From NCBI GenBank assembly GCA_051961575.1, contig JBQCDC010000453.1:1-57659 (forward strand): a DNA stretch of 57,659 bases. Direction: 5' to 3'. The translations under genes and the position numbers were made by a program. The stretch comes from Marmoricola sp. (GTDB taxonomy: Bacteria > Actinomycetota > Actinomycetes > Propionibacteriales > Nocardioidaceae). This document shows, piece by piece, positions 17,474-25,842 of this stretch. The notes under the pieces were generated by a model. The model was not told the DNA's origin. It did no database searches and was given only the letters and a program-made list of their open reading frames with translations. The first letter of the stretch is position 1; the number at the start of each line of letters is the position of its first letter.

Positions 17474-17836
17474 GTGGCTGGTAGTTTCGCTGACCTTGTG
17501 GGCCTGCATCGTGGGGCGCGCTCGAATCAGGAGCTTGAGGACGATTCGGGGATCAAGAGGAACACGTGGCAGCTGTGGACGAACCCGGGGAACCGGCCGC
17601 GGCGGGAGTTCCCGTCGCCGGAGACGATCCGGGGGTTCGCGAAGGGCCTCGGCGTGTCGGAGACGGAGGTGCTCCTCGCGCTCGGGCGGACGCTCGGGCT
17701 GGATGTCGGCATCCACGGGGCGGAGCGGGACTTCACGATCCGGGACGCCGGGGAGCTGCCGGAGATAGCGAAGCACACGCTGACATCGTTGGCGCGTTTC
17801 ATGATGGATCAGGCTGAAAAGGAAAGGGCGCAGTGA
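17474..17836 (+). CDS. XRE HTH repressor-like protein (paralog of 16943..17365)
   Basis: FPSPETIRGFAKGLGVSETEVLLALGRTLGL...GELPEIAK. Confidence 0.78.
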   Translation: MAGSFADLVGLHRGARSNQELEDDSGIKRNTWQLWTNPGNRPRREFPSPETIRGFAKGLGVSETEVLLALGRTLGLDVGIHGAERDFTIRDAGELPEIAKHTLTSLARFMMDQAEKERAQ

Positions 17837-17837
17837 G

Positions 17838-18230
17838 GTGTACAGGGCGGTTGTTGGGCCGGTGACGCCGGTGAAGGTGGGCACGTCGCATGGGGAGCTG
17901 GAGTTCAGCTACCGGGACGTGGAGGTGTTCGACGCGGCCGGGACGGCGGTGGCCCGGTTCACGTGCGAGGACACCCCGGAGGACTTCGACGCGAACGTGG
18001 CGAGGGCGGGTTTCGTCCGCCGCGGGTTCGACCGGGAGACGGGCAACGTGCTCCTCGAGAAGTCGACGGGGGACGCCAAGCGGCAGGTGGCGGCCCCGGA
18101 GCGTTCGGCGGGGGAGGCTGCGGCGTCGCTGGCGGGGAACCTGATGAAGCTGGCGTGGATGGCTGTCCTGTTCATTGTGCTGGTCGTGGTGCTGTTCGGG
18201 TGCGCGGCCGCGCTCTTCGGGCACCACTGA
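17838..18230 (+). CDS. Membrane protein with C-terminal TM helix
   Basis: LAWMAVLFIVLVVVLFGCAAALF. Confidence 0.7.
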   Translation: MYRAVVGPVTPVKVGTSHGELEFSYRDVEVFDAAGTAVARFTCEDTPEDFDANVARAGFVRRGFDRETGNVLLEKSTGDAKRQVAAPERSAGEAAASLAGNLMKLAWMAVLFIVLVVVLFGCAAALFGHH

Positions 18231-18289
18231 GGGCTGCAAATTGCCTCAGGAACTCTGTCTGATACGCGGGGTATCGGGTACCGGGGGTG

Positions 18290-18552
18290 TGTTGACGGTG
18301 TCACGCTTTTGGGTAGTTTCAGGTAGTCCTATTCCAGTACCTGTAGTGGACAGTCCTGTCGTTCCGGGAACTTCCGCATGATTCCGGGGGTTCCGGGAGG
18401 GTTCGAGTCCCTCCTCGGGCACCGGTGAAAACCCCGGAATCATGCGGATCTAGGCCATCTTACGCACATGTAAGTTGACACGAGATTCGATTCTGTTGAC
18501 GCGAATCCGTAGAATAGAGCCTAGGAAGCCCCATCTGAGCGGGCTGTTGACG
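18290..18552. promoter_or_regulatory. Probable integrase arm-type sites, (T)GTTGAC(G) x4
   Basis: Copies at 18290, 18474, 18494 and 18545 flank the attP core. Confidence 0.5.
18397..18423 (+). other. attP: attP core: 3' end of a tRNA (likely tRNA-Leu)
   Basis: GAGGGTTCGAGTCCCTC-CTCGGGC-ACC is a T-arm plus acceptor 3' strand with no 5' half; lies near a tyrosine integrase. Confidence 0.8.
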
Positions 18553-18567
18553 CCGGAGGGGCGCGGT

Positions 18568-18789
18568 ATGGGGAAGCTCGCCAAAGAGCAGACGACCACG
18601 AAACGTAAGGTCTACGTCCAGCGTAACTTCCTGCGTCCGGGCATCACACTCGAAGACCTTCGCGACCTCGTGGCGGCAACCGAGGACTACGACATGCGCT
18701 CCGAAGTCATCTTGGAGGACCGGCGCGTCACAGTCATCGAGACCAGGCAGTCAATCTGGAGCCACAAGGGACGAGAGGGCGCGGCATGA
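18568..18789 (+). CDS. Hypothetical protein
   Basis: GGAGG RBS; ATGA overlap with the next gene. Confidence 0.65.
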   Translation: MGKLAKEQTTTKRKVYVQRNFLRPGITLEDLRDLVAATEDYDMRSEVILEDRRVTVIETRQSIWSHKGREGAA

Positions 18790-19112
18790 CCGATCTGGAC
18801 CTGTCGACCGCGATCGAAGCGGGGGCTCTGGCTCTCCACGAGCACTACAAGGACTTCCTGACCACGGCGGGGCTGTACGCGGAGGATGCGGGGATTGTCG
18901 TCAAAGCCGCCCTGCCCGTGATCCTCGAAGCGCTGGCAGCGAAGGCCGAGACTGAGCGCGTAGCCAAGCTGGCCGAGTATCACGCCATCGTCTACAACAC
19001 GCCAAATGGCGACTGGAACCCTTCGACAGGTTGGGTCCAGCGACTGGAGACCAACAGGGCCGGGGACGCTCGTAACTGGCTCCGCGCCAAGGCTGAGGAG
19101 GCTCGGGCGTGA
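18786..19112 (+). CDS. Hypothetical protein
   Basis: Coupled ORF. Confidence 0.7.
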   Translation: MTDLDLSTAIEAGALALHEHYKDFLTTAGLYAEDAGIVVKAALPVILEALAAKAETERVAKLAEYHAIVYNTPNGDWNPSTGWVQRLETNRAGDARNWLRAKAEEARA

Positions 19113-19513
19113 GCGCTCATCGTGACGAGCACCTGTACAAGATCCTCATGGACGACGTGACCGGGTGCGGGTGCGGGTACTCCGAAGAGGCCGGCGCCCT
19201 CGTTCACGCTATCGTCGCCCACTTCGCCAAGGACTGGCAGGAGCGCCCCCGGGCCGGTCTTGAAGACCTGTTCGGCGGCAACCTCGGGGCAATGCAGATC
19301 GTCGTCAACGCCATCCAGGATGCCGATCTGATCGACCACGGAACCTCGCTCTACTCCTCATGGGTCACGGAGAAGGGGAAATGGTTCCTCAGAGCCGTCG
19401 AGGATGCTGGCGGCATCGACGGGCTGTTCGACAAGCTCGAATACGTCGGGCTCCCACAGCACGACGGCGACTGGAAGCGCGAGTGCACCGACGAATGCTG
19501 GAAGGTCGCATAG
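19109..19513 (+). CDS. Hypothetical protein (CGCG; DHGTS...W.T.KG)
   Basis: Coupled ORF abutting the integrase. Confidence 0.72.
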   Translation: MSAHRDEHLYKILMDDVTGCGCGYSEEAGALVHAIVAHFAKDWQERPRAGLEDLFGGNLGAMQIVVNAIQDADLIDHGTSLYSSWVTEKGKWFLRAVEDAGGIDGLFDKLEYVGLPQHDGDWKRECTDECWKVA

Positions 19514-20665
19514 GTGGTTTCGAGACGTACCCGGACCCGTAAGGACGGCACGGTCACCATCCAGCTCCTCTGGCGGGAAAACGGCAAACAACAAGGCCAC
19601 ACCGTCTACTCGGAGCACGACGCCAATGTGTGGGAACGGCTCATCGACCAGACAGGATCCTGGGATGCGGCCGCCAAATCCTACCGGGCCTTGAAGGATG
19701 GGGCGTACACGGTCGCGCAAGCCGTCGAGGACCACATCGGGCTCCTGCTGAAACCGCACGGCGGGACCATGGCCCGCTACCAGTCCATGCTGCGGCTCCA
19801 CGTCAAGGACTCCATCGGCGCCGTCCCGGTGGGCGAGCTGTCCGAGCAGCACATTGTGGACTGGGTGCGCGGCATGCTGAAGAAGAAGCTCGCCCCGAAG
19901 ACCATACGGAACGTCCACGGCCTGCTGTCGAGCGCTCTCGAGCGGTGCGTTCCGTCGCGCATCCCGTCGAACCCGTGCCGGAACGTGGACCTTCCGTCCA
20001 CCGAGCATGCGGAGGACATGATCCGGTTCCTCAGGTTCGATGAGTTCGTCCTGATCCGGGACGCCATGCCCGACAGATACCAGCCGTTCCTGACGTTCCT
20101 GGTTGTGACCGGGGCGCGGTTCAGTGAGGCGACGGCGGTGACGATCCGGGACGTGAACTTCGATGCGCGGCCGGCGACCGTGAGGATCAACAAATCCTGG
20201 AAGCGTGTTGGCACGTCTGAGTGGATTGTGGGGCCGCCTAAGTCGCCGTCAGCGAAGCGGACGATCAGTTTGCCGGACCCGCTCGCGGAGAGCCTCAGGG
20301 GCCTCGCTGAGGGCCGCTCACCGGATGACCTGCTGTTCACCAACGAGCGGGGGTCGAGGGTGCGGCAGTCCGTGTTCTACAGCCTTTACAAGGAGCGGAT
20401 CGAGAAGCTGCGGGATGTCCGCCCTGACTTCACCGCGGACCCCACCATTCACGACCTCCGGCACACGTCAGCGTCGTGGCTGATCCAATCGGGGTTCGAC
20501 CTCTTCAAAGTCGCCCGGAGGCTCGGGCACGCGAACACGTCGATGGTCGATAAGGTCTATGGTCACCTGATGCCTGAGGCCCAGATCGAGGGCGTTCGTC
20601 ACATAGAGACGGCGATGCGGCCGGAGGAGCTGGAGCAGCCGGACCCGGACGTGGAGGACGAGTGA
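19514..20665 (+). CDS. int: Tyrosine integrase
   Basis: TGARFSE (R), PKS (K), HDLRH, LGH and VYGH (Y). Confidence 0.95.
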   Translation: MVSRRTRTRKDGTVTIQLLWRENGKQQGHTVYSEHDANVWERLIDQTGSWDAAAKSYRALKDGAYTVAQAVEDHIGLLLKPHGGTMARYQSMLRLHVKDSIGAVPVGELSEQHIVDWVRGMLKKKLAPKTIRNVHGLLSSALERCVPSRIPSNPCRNVDLPSTEHAEDMIRFLRFDEFVLIRDAMPDRYQPFLTFLVVTGARFSEATAVTIRDVNFDARPATVRINKSWKRVGTSEWIVGPPKSPSAKRTISLPDPLAESLRGLAEGRSPDDLLFTNERGSRVRQSVFYSLYKERIEKLRDVRPDFTADPTIHDLRHTSASWLIQSGFDLFKVARRLGHANTSMVDKVYGHLMPEAQIEGVRHIETAMRPEELEQPDPDVEDE

Positions 20666-20705
20666 GGTCTTGACGGGCTGAGCAGAGGTGGCGGACGATC
20701 GTCCC

Positions 20706-20873
20706 ATGGCTCAGCCTCAGTGGGATCCGCGGTGGCAGCAGATGCCGTACGCCCGCCCGAAGAAGCGGCATGCGTGGGGGATCATCATCCCGTTGTGGAT
20801 CATCGCGTCGCCGATCGCCGCGTTCGTCCTGTACCTGATCATCCGGTTCTTGGTCATCCTGTTCTTCGGCTGA
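20706..20873 (+). CDS. Small membrane protein with its own leaderless promoter
   Basis: TTGACG(20670)-N18-GACGAT-N6-ATG; one long hydrophobic segment; terminator downstream. Confidence 0.7.
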   Translation: MAQPQWDPRWQQMPYARPKKRHAWGIIIPLWIIASPIAAFVLYLIIRFLVILFFG

Positions 20874-20914
20874 GCGGCGTAGACTCGGTTGGTCCTGTAG
20901 CGGGATACGCAAGA

Positions 20915-20956
20915 AAGCCCCCGGTCTCCATTGCTGGAGCCGGGGGCTTCTTGTTT
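20915..20956 (+). terminator. Intrinsic terminator, probably bidirectional
   Basis: AAGCCCCCGG...CCGGGGGCTT followed by CTTGTTT. Confidence 0.75.
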
Positions 20957-21273
20957 GGGCTTGGCCGTCCACCATACGGAGGCAATCTCCCGTGCCCTGT
21001 GCCTACCTCTGACGCTCGGCTGGCGCTGCGTTTCTTGCTGTGCTGGTGGTGGCCGTCTAGGTCGGGCCGTGCCGGGAACACATCCACCGCACGTTCCCGC
21101 GGCGCCGAGTCGGAGCGGCGCTCTGGGGTGGTACAGGAACAGTGTAGCAGAAAGACTGTCCCTATCCACCAAAACGACTGTTGGCGGTGGTAAGCTTGGG
21201 GAATACGGCAGGGGTTCGCATGCGAGTGTTGGTGCGGGGTTCTGCAGCTCCCCGAGCGATAGGATCAACCATC

Positions 21274-21666
21274 ATGAGCCAGCAGCAGGAACCCGGTGTC
21301 TTCCACATTGGCGACGTCTTGAGTGTCACAACCGGGCGTCTCGTCTCCCCCAGTCACATAGACGGGATCTATCGCATCCTGAACTTCATGACAGGCGACG
21401 ACCTATTCACCCATGAACTCCCCCGCGCCTCCCGCGAGTGCGAGCCGCATCTTCGGGAGCAGCTCCCCGAGCTTGCCAAGGTCAGCGTTCCGGACGGCAT
21501 CGACTCCGAGGCGAAGGTTCACGCGTTCCTCGAATCGCTTTACCCCGAACATGGCGAATTCGTGAGCGTGAAGCCACTCAAGCCCGAAGACCACACACAT
21601 ATCGATCCGATCGCTGGCCTCAAGATGATCAACCCGAACGCCAAGATCATCGAGGTTAGTCTATAA
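21274..21666 (+). CDS. Conserved-looking hypothetical protein
   Basis: FHIGDVLSVTTGRLVS...ILNFMTGDDLFTHELPR. Confidence 0.75.
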   Translation: MSQQQEPGVFHIGDVLSVTTGRLVSPSHIDGIYRILNFMTGDDLFTHELPRASRECEPHLREQLPELAKVSVPDGIDSEAKVHAFLESLYPEHGEFVSVKPLKPEDHTHIDPIAGLKMINPNAKIIEVSL

Positions 21667-21667
21667 A

Positions 21668-21740
21668 ACCGAGTCCTTCGGCGGACTCGGTCGCCAAAAC
21701 GCGAGAATGGCCCCCACTCCAGTATGGAGCGGGGGCCATT
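21668..21740. terminator. Two hairpins between convergent transcripts
   Basis: ACCGAGTCC/GGACTCGGT (21668-21691) and AATGGCCCCC/GGGGGCCATT (21706-21740). Confidence 0.7.
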
Positions 21741-21742
21741 TG

Positions 21743-22090
21743 CTATGCGGCGGGCGTGGAGCCCACGGTGACGAGCTCGGGCGTTGCGGGTGCCGTGTTG
21801 GCGGCGAGCTGCGCGGCGACGGCGGGGATGGCCTTGGCCACGTCGACCGGGTCAACCGCCGGGGCAGGATCGGGCTCAGCGGGCGCGGGCTCAGCCGGGG
21901 CGCTGCCCTTCGACGCGATCGAGCCGAGGACGAAGCCGAGGATCACCACGGCGCCGTTCACCAGCGGCTCCCACTTGCCCAGACCAGACAGCATGTCCGG
22001 GGTGATCGAGTTGAGCAGGGTCAGGCCGAGAGTGGCGTAGGACGCCCAGTTCGCGCCGGACTTGACCTGGGGGTGGACTGTGAGTGCCAC
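21743..22090 (-). CDS. Holin
   Basis: Two TM segments (VHPQVK...); directly downstream of the lysin. Confidence 0.75.
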   Translation of the reverse strand: MALTVHPQVKSGANWASYATLGLTLLNSITPDMLSGLGKWEPLVNGAVVILGFVLGSIASKGSAPAEPAPAEPDPAPAVDPVDVAKAIPAVAAQLAANTAPATPELVTVGSTPAA

Positions 22091-22102
22091 GATGTGCCCT
22101 TT

Positions 22103-23278
22103 CTAAGCTGCGGACGAGCCCGCGTTGAGGATCTTGATCAGTTCGAGCGCCACAGCCTTCCCGTCCACACTGGACGGGGACGGCAGCAGGGACACGATGG
22201 CCTTGGCGATGACGGCCGGGTCGGTGCCCTGAATGGCCTTCACGAGGTTCTGCAGGCCGACGAAGTTCGCGTCGGAGTAGGAGATGGTGGTGCCGAGGTT
22301 CGTGGTGGTCCGGCCGCTGGTGGGGACGTTCCCGTCGAACCCGTGCCACGGGATCTCCTTGTTCAGAACGGCCGACGCGATCGCGTCCAGCACGGCCGGG
22401 TCCTTCAGCGCTGCGGGGAGGAGTTCGGTGAGGATGCGGTCCTCTAGTGAGCCGAGGATCGTCTCCGCGTACTCCGGGTGGCCGAGGCGGCGGTTGTTCA
22501 CCCACGAGCCGGGGCCGCTCCAGACCTTCGCGGCGATTGCCTCTTGGATTCCTTCGTCCATCAGGACGTTCTTGAGGTCATCGATGGTTGCCACGATGTC
22601 TTCCTCCATGGGGGTCACGGTTGCTGCTTGGGGGGTGATGGTGCCGTTCTTCGCGGCGTAGGCGGCCCACGTGGTGGCGTCGCCGTAGAAGATGTCGAGG
22701 TCGAGGTCGTTCGGCCACCCCGGGAGCTGGCCCGCCGAGGTGTACTGCCACTCCGCGACCGTGTTCCAGTACGGGATCGGGGCACGCCCGGACGGCGGGT
22801 TGTAGCCTGGGATCTTCTGGTAGCCGAGGACGTACGCGGACTCCCACAGCCCGTAGTTGGCGTTGGCCACACTGGACCAGTCGTAGGCGGTGATCGTCGC
22901 GTACGAGGCGTAGATGAGGGGCTTCACCCCGGTGGCAGCGGTTACCTCATCCAGCCACGCCTTCGCGTAGCCCACGTCCCCGACGTTGTCGCCCTCCCAG
23001 TCGAGGTACACGACCACGGTGCCGTCGAGCACGTCAGCGCAGTTGCGGATGAACCACTGCGCCTCCGAATGCGCGGTGGCCGCCGTGAACCCATCACGGG
23101 CGAAGTGGTAGATCCCGGCCAGCCTCCCGGCCGCCTTCGCCGCGGCCAGCTGTGCACGCCAGTTCGGGTTCACGTACCCGTCCCCGCCCGTGGACTTGAT
23201 GATCACGAAATCCGCGGGCACAGCGTTGATGTCGAGGGCGCCCTGGTAGGCGGAGATGTCGTACCCGTTCAGGCTCAT
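22103..23278 (-). CDS. Endolysin, GH25 muramidase
   Basis: GYDISAYQ, FVIIKSTGG, YHFA, LDWE, WQYTS and DLD motifs. Confidence 0.93.
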   Translation of the reverse strand: MSLNGYDISAYQGALDINAVPADFVIIKSTGGDGYVNPNWRAQLAAAKAAGRLAGIYHFARDGFTAATAHSEAQWFIRNCADVLDGTVVVYLDWEGDNVGDVGYAKAWLDEVTAATGVKPLIYASYATITAYDWSSVANANYGLWESAYVLGYQKIPGYNPPSGRAPIPYWNTVAEWQYTSAGQLPGWPNDLDLDIFYGDATTWAAYAAKNGTITPQAATVTPMEEDIVATIDDLKNVLMDEGIQEAIAAKVWSGPGSWVNNRRLGHPEYAETILGSLEDRILTELLPAALKDPAVLDAIASAVLNKEIPWHGFDGNVPTSGRTTTNLGTTISYSDANFVGLQNLVKAIQGTDPAVIAKAIVSLLPSPSSVDGKAVALELIKILNAGSSAA

Positions 23279-23637
23279 GTGCCCTCCAGATGGTCTTTCA
23301 GCTTGGTTTCGATGCGGCGCACCGCGTCCTTCACGGAGGAGCCGTTGTTGAACTCGACCTCGTGGCGGATCACCCCGAGCACCTCATCCTGTTTCGCGAG
23401 CGCTTCGTCCTGCTGGTCGAGGCGTTCCTCGAGGCGCTGTTCGAGGTTGACGAGGCGTTCGAAGAGGCCGGGGATTTCCTGCTGCCCGGTGACGGTGTTG
23501 GCGGGGACTCCGACGAGGTGCTGCCAGAATTGGCGGGCGGCGACGATGCGGGGGTGCAGGTGCCGGAAGATGAACACGCTGATGGTGGATCCGGCGAGGA
23601 TGGCGCCGGACACGGCGCTGATGGCTACCCAGTCCAT
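23275..23637 (-). CDS. Lysis-cassette membrane protein with coiled coil
   Basis: N-terminal TM; NNGSSVKDAV.RIE motif. Confidence 0.75.
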   Translation of the reverse strand: MDWVAISAVSGAILAGSTISVFIFRHLHPRIVAARQFWQHLVGVPANTVTGQQEIPGLFERLVNLEQRLEERLDQQDEALAKQDEVLGVIRHEVEFNNGSSVKDAVRRIETKLKDHLEGT

Positions 23638-23641
23638 GGCG

Positions 23642-24565
23642 TCAGGCGGGGTTCGTCTGGTAGGTGATGAGCGCTTCGATGCTGTCGCCGGCGGCGAACG
23701 GGTAGCCCGCGCTCCCCGGGGTGGAGATCGGGGTTGTGGGCGCCCACACGGAGCAGGTTGTGGAGCTCGCGGCGTAGCAGGTCAGTGTGCGGATCACGCC
23801 GCCGGATGTCTGGAACGCGCCGGTGCCGAGGACGAGCTGCCCGCTGAGGAGGGGGAGGTTGGCGGGGAGGGGGAATGCGATGACGCCTGTCCCGAGGGAC
23901 GCGCCGGTGCCGGAGACGACTTTCGCGCGGACGGTGACCATGTCCCCGCGGAGCCAGTAGGTTCCGCTCATGGACCCGCCGGAGCCGAAGTTCGTTGCCC
24001 CGGTCCAGATGGGGGTGTAGGCGGTGCCGTTGCCGTAGGAGGGGTTGATGGCGTGCAGGGGTGTGGTGGGTGCGCTGATGTTCGCGTTGATGATGGAGGG
24101 GGCGTTCGCGGCGACGGACACCTGTGCGAGCACGAGCGTGTTGGCGGGGGCAGCGGGGGCGGCGGGTGTGGGGGCGGGTGTGCCGGTGATGACCTGCAGG
24201 GCCGCGTTGTTCGTGGAGCCGGTGTACTGGGAGTCGTTGACGGTGAGGCAGACGATGTCGATGCGCGGGTTGGTGGGGTCCGCGGCGGCGATCGTCAACG
24301 TGACGTTGGCGTCGTTGAGGGCGAAGTACTGGGCCTGCGCGGAGTAGGTGGTGCCGGAGAAGTTGGCGACGTTGGTGCCGGGCACCCATGCGCGGCCGAC
24401 GCCGACGACGACGGCCATGGAGGGGGTGCCGGTCTGGGTGACGGCGAGGTCCCCGGTCTGGACGAGGCCGCCGCCGTTGGGGACGACGGAGGACACGGCC
24501 TGCCGGAACAGGGCGGCACTGTGTGACCCGTTCTGGAGTGCGAACGGGATCTGGCTAACTGCCAA
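23642..24565 (-). CDS. Minor tail protein
   Basis: AAD.TNPRID and G.PA..P..P motifs. Confidence 0.8.
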   Translation of the reverse strand: MAVSQIPFALQNGSHSAALFRQAVSSVVPNGGGLVQTGDLAVTQTGTPSMAVVVGVGRAWVPGTNVANFSGTTYSAQAQYFALNDANVTLTIAAADPTNPRIDIVCLTVNDSQYTGSTNNAALQVITGTPAPTPAAPAAPANTLVLAQVSVAANAPSIINANISAPTTPLHAINPSYGNGTAYTPIWTGATNFGSGGSMSGTYWLRGDMVTVRAKVVSGTGASLGTGVIAFPLPANLPLLSGQLVLGTGAFQTSGGVIRTLTCYAASSTTCSVWAPTTPISTPGSAGYPFAAGDSIEALITYQTNPA

Positions 24566-24588
24566 AACGAGGGCTCCTTAAACAAGAA

Positions 24589-24607
24589 GACCCCCGTTGA
24601 GGGGGTC
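24589..24607 (-). terminator. Intrinsic terminator inside the late operon
   Basis: GACCCCC-TCAAC-GGGGGTC followed by TTCTTGTTT on the minus strand. Confidence 0.6.
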
Positions 24608-24630
24608 GTGCGGATGGAAAGGCTAGGGCG

Positions 24631-24918
24631 CTACTTGGCGCCGTACAGCTGGGAGAGGTTCGCGAGGAAGTTGTGCGCGGTCGGCAGCGCCTGAGTGCCG
24701 GGGAACACGGCCAGCAGCGTGTTCACGTCCGTCTGCACCGCACGGATCAGGGTCACCTCCGCGGCCGAGTAACCCATGTTCTGCAGCTGCACGTCGGTCA
24801 GTGTCGCGAGGCAGTTGACGACCTGGCTGCCGCGGGTGAGCATGTCCCGCGTGTCGGTCGCGAGGGCACCGAGTGCGAGGTCGATGTCTCCCTTGCCGAT
24901 GGAATATCCCACGGACAT
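24631..24918 (-). CDS. Small tail-region protein
   Basis: ORF track; RBS. Confidence 0.7.
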   Translation of the reverse strand: MSVGYSIGKGDIDLALGALATDTRDMLTRGSQVVNCLATLTDVQLQNMGYSAAEVTLIRAVQTDVNTLLAVFPGTQALPTAHNFLANLSQLYGAK

Positions 24919-24921
24919 GTA

Positions 24922-25833
24922 TCAGTCTTCCTTGATGGTGTACGGGTGGGTGGGCTCGGGGAACGGTGGCGGGTTGTTGGCTTTGGTTTCGGGGTCGTGC
25001 CACGGTTTCTTGGGGGTGTGCTTCTCGCCGCGTTCGAGCGCTGCGATGCGCTGGTCCTGGTGTTTGACGACTTCGAGGAGGGCGACGGAGAGGAGGTCGT
25101 AGCGGAGGCCGTGGACCTTGCCGTTCATCCACTGCACGAGCTCGGGCACCCCGGATTCGAGCACCTGCTCCGCGATCAAGCCGTATTCGACGTAGCCCTC
25201 GTTGGGGGTCTTCTCGTAGCGGACGGGTTTGAGGTTGAGGACCCGTTCGGGGTGGATGCGGTGCCGGCGGACGTTGGTCTTGTACCGGGCGCTGGAGGTG
25301 TTGGTGCCGAACGTGTACCCGGAGTTGTTGCCGACCCACATGGCGTAGAAGCTGGTGCCGCCGACCGGGTTGGAGTACCCGTACTGGGAGCCGGTGGCCT
25401 GCGCCACGGACGAGGTTATGTCGGTGCCGGGGTGTGTGTGCGCGGAGGGGGGGAACGTGGAGGGCTTGTTGGTGATGTTGTTCCAGTCCACGTTCCCGGC
25501 GCCGACCTGCGCCCACGAGCCGTTGTAGAGGACTTCGAGGCCGTAGTGTCCGGGGTTGGTCTGGGTGAGGGGGCCGAGGCGGACCACGGGGGAGCCGGTG
25601 GTGTCGTACGCGGTGATGGACCCGTCAGCGGTGAGCATCCCGATGATGTTCTGCTGGGCGGAGTTGAACGCGTGGACGCCGTTGCCGTCGATGGTGATGC
25701 CGGGGTTCCCGCCGCCCTGACCGGTGGAGGCGTTGAGCAGGGAAGGGCTGGTGGTGAGATTCGCGAGGGTGCGCTCGATGGTGTTGAGGCGCTGGGAGAG
25801 GTCGTATTGAGGTGGCAGCAGCGGGTTCGGCAC
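24922..25833 (-). CDS. Tail fibre/spike with Peptidase_S74-like intramolecular chaperone
   Basis: TSSARYKTNV, L.PVRY, GLIAEQV and a coiled-coil end. Confidence 0.82.
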   Translation of the reverse strand: MPNPLLPPQYDLSQRLNTIERTLANLTTSPSLLNASTGQGGGNPGITIDGNGVHAFNSAQQNIIGMLTADGSITAYDTTGSPVVRLGPLTQTNPGHYGLEVLYNGSWAQVGAGNVDWNNITNKPSTFPPSAHTHPGTDITSSVAQATGSQYGYSNPVGGTSFYAMWVGNNSGYTFGTNTSSARYKTNVRRHRIHPERVLNLKPVRYEKTPNEGYVEYGLIAEQVLESGVPELVQWMNGKVHGLRYDLLSVALLEVVKHQDQRIAALERGEKHTPKKPWHDPETKANNPPPFPEPTHPYTIKED

Positions 25834-25842
25834 GCGGCCTCC

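Noticed and set aside
18397-18423. Intact tRNA gene
   Set aside because: Only the T-arm and acceptor 3' strand are present; no D-arm or anticodon arm. Better explained as the attP core.
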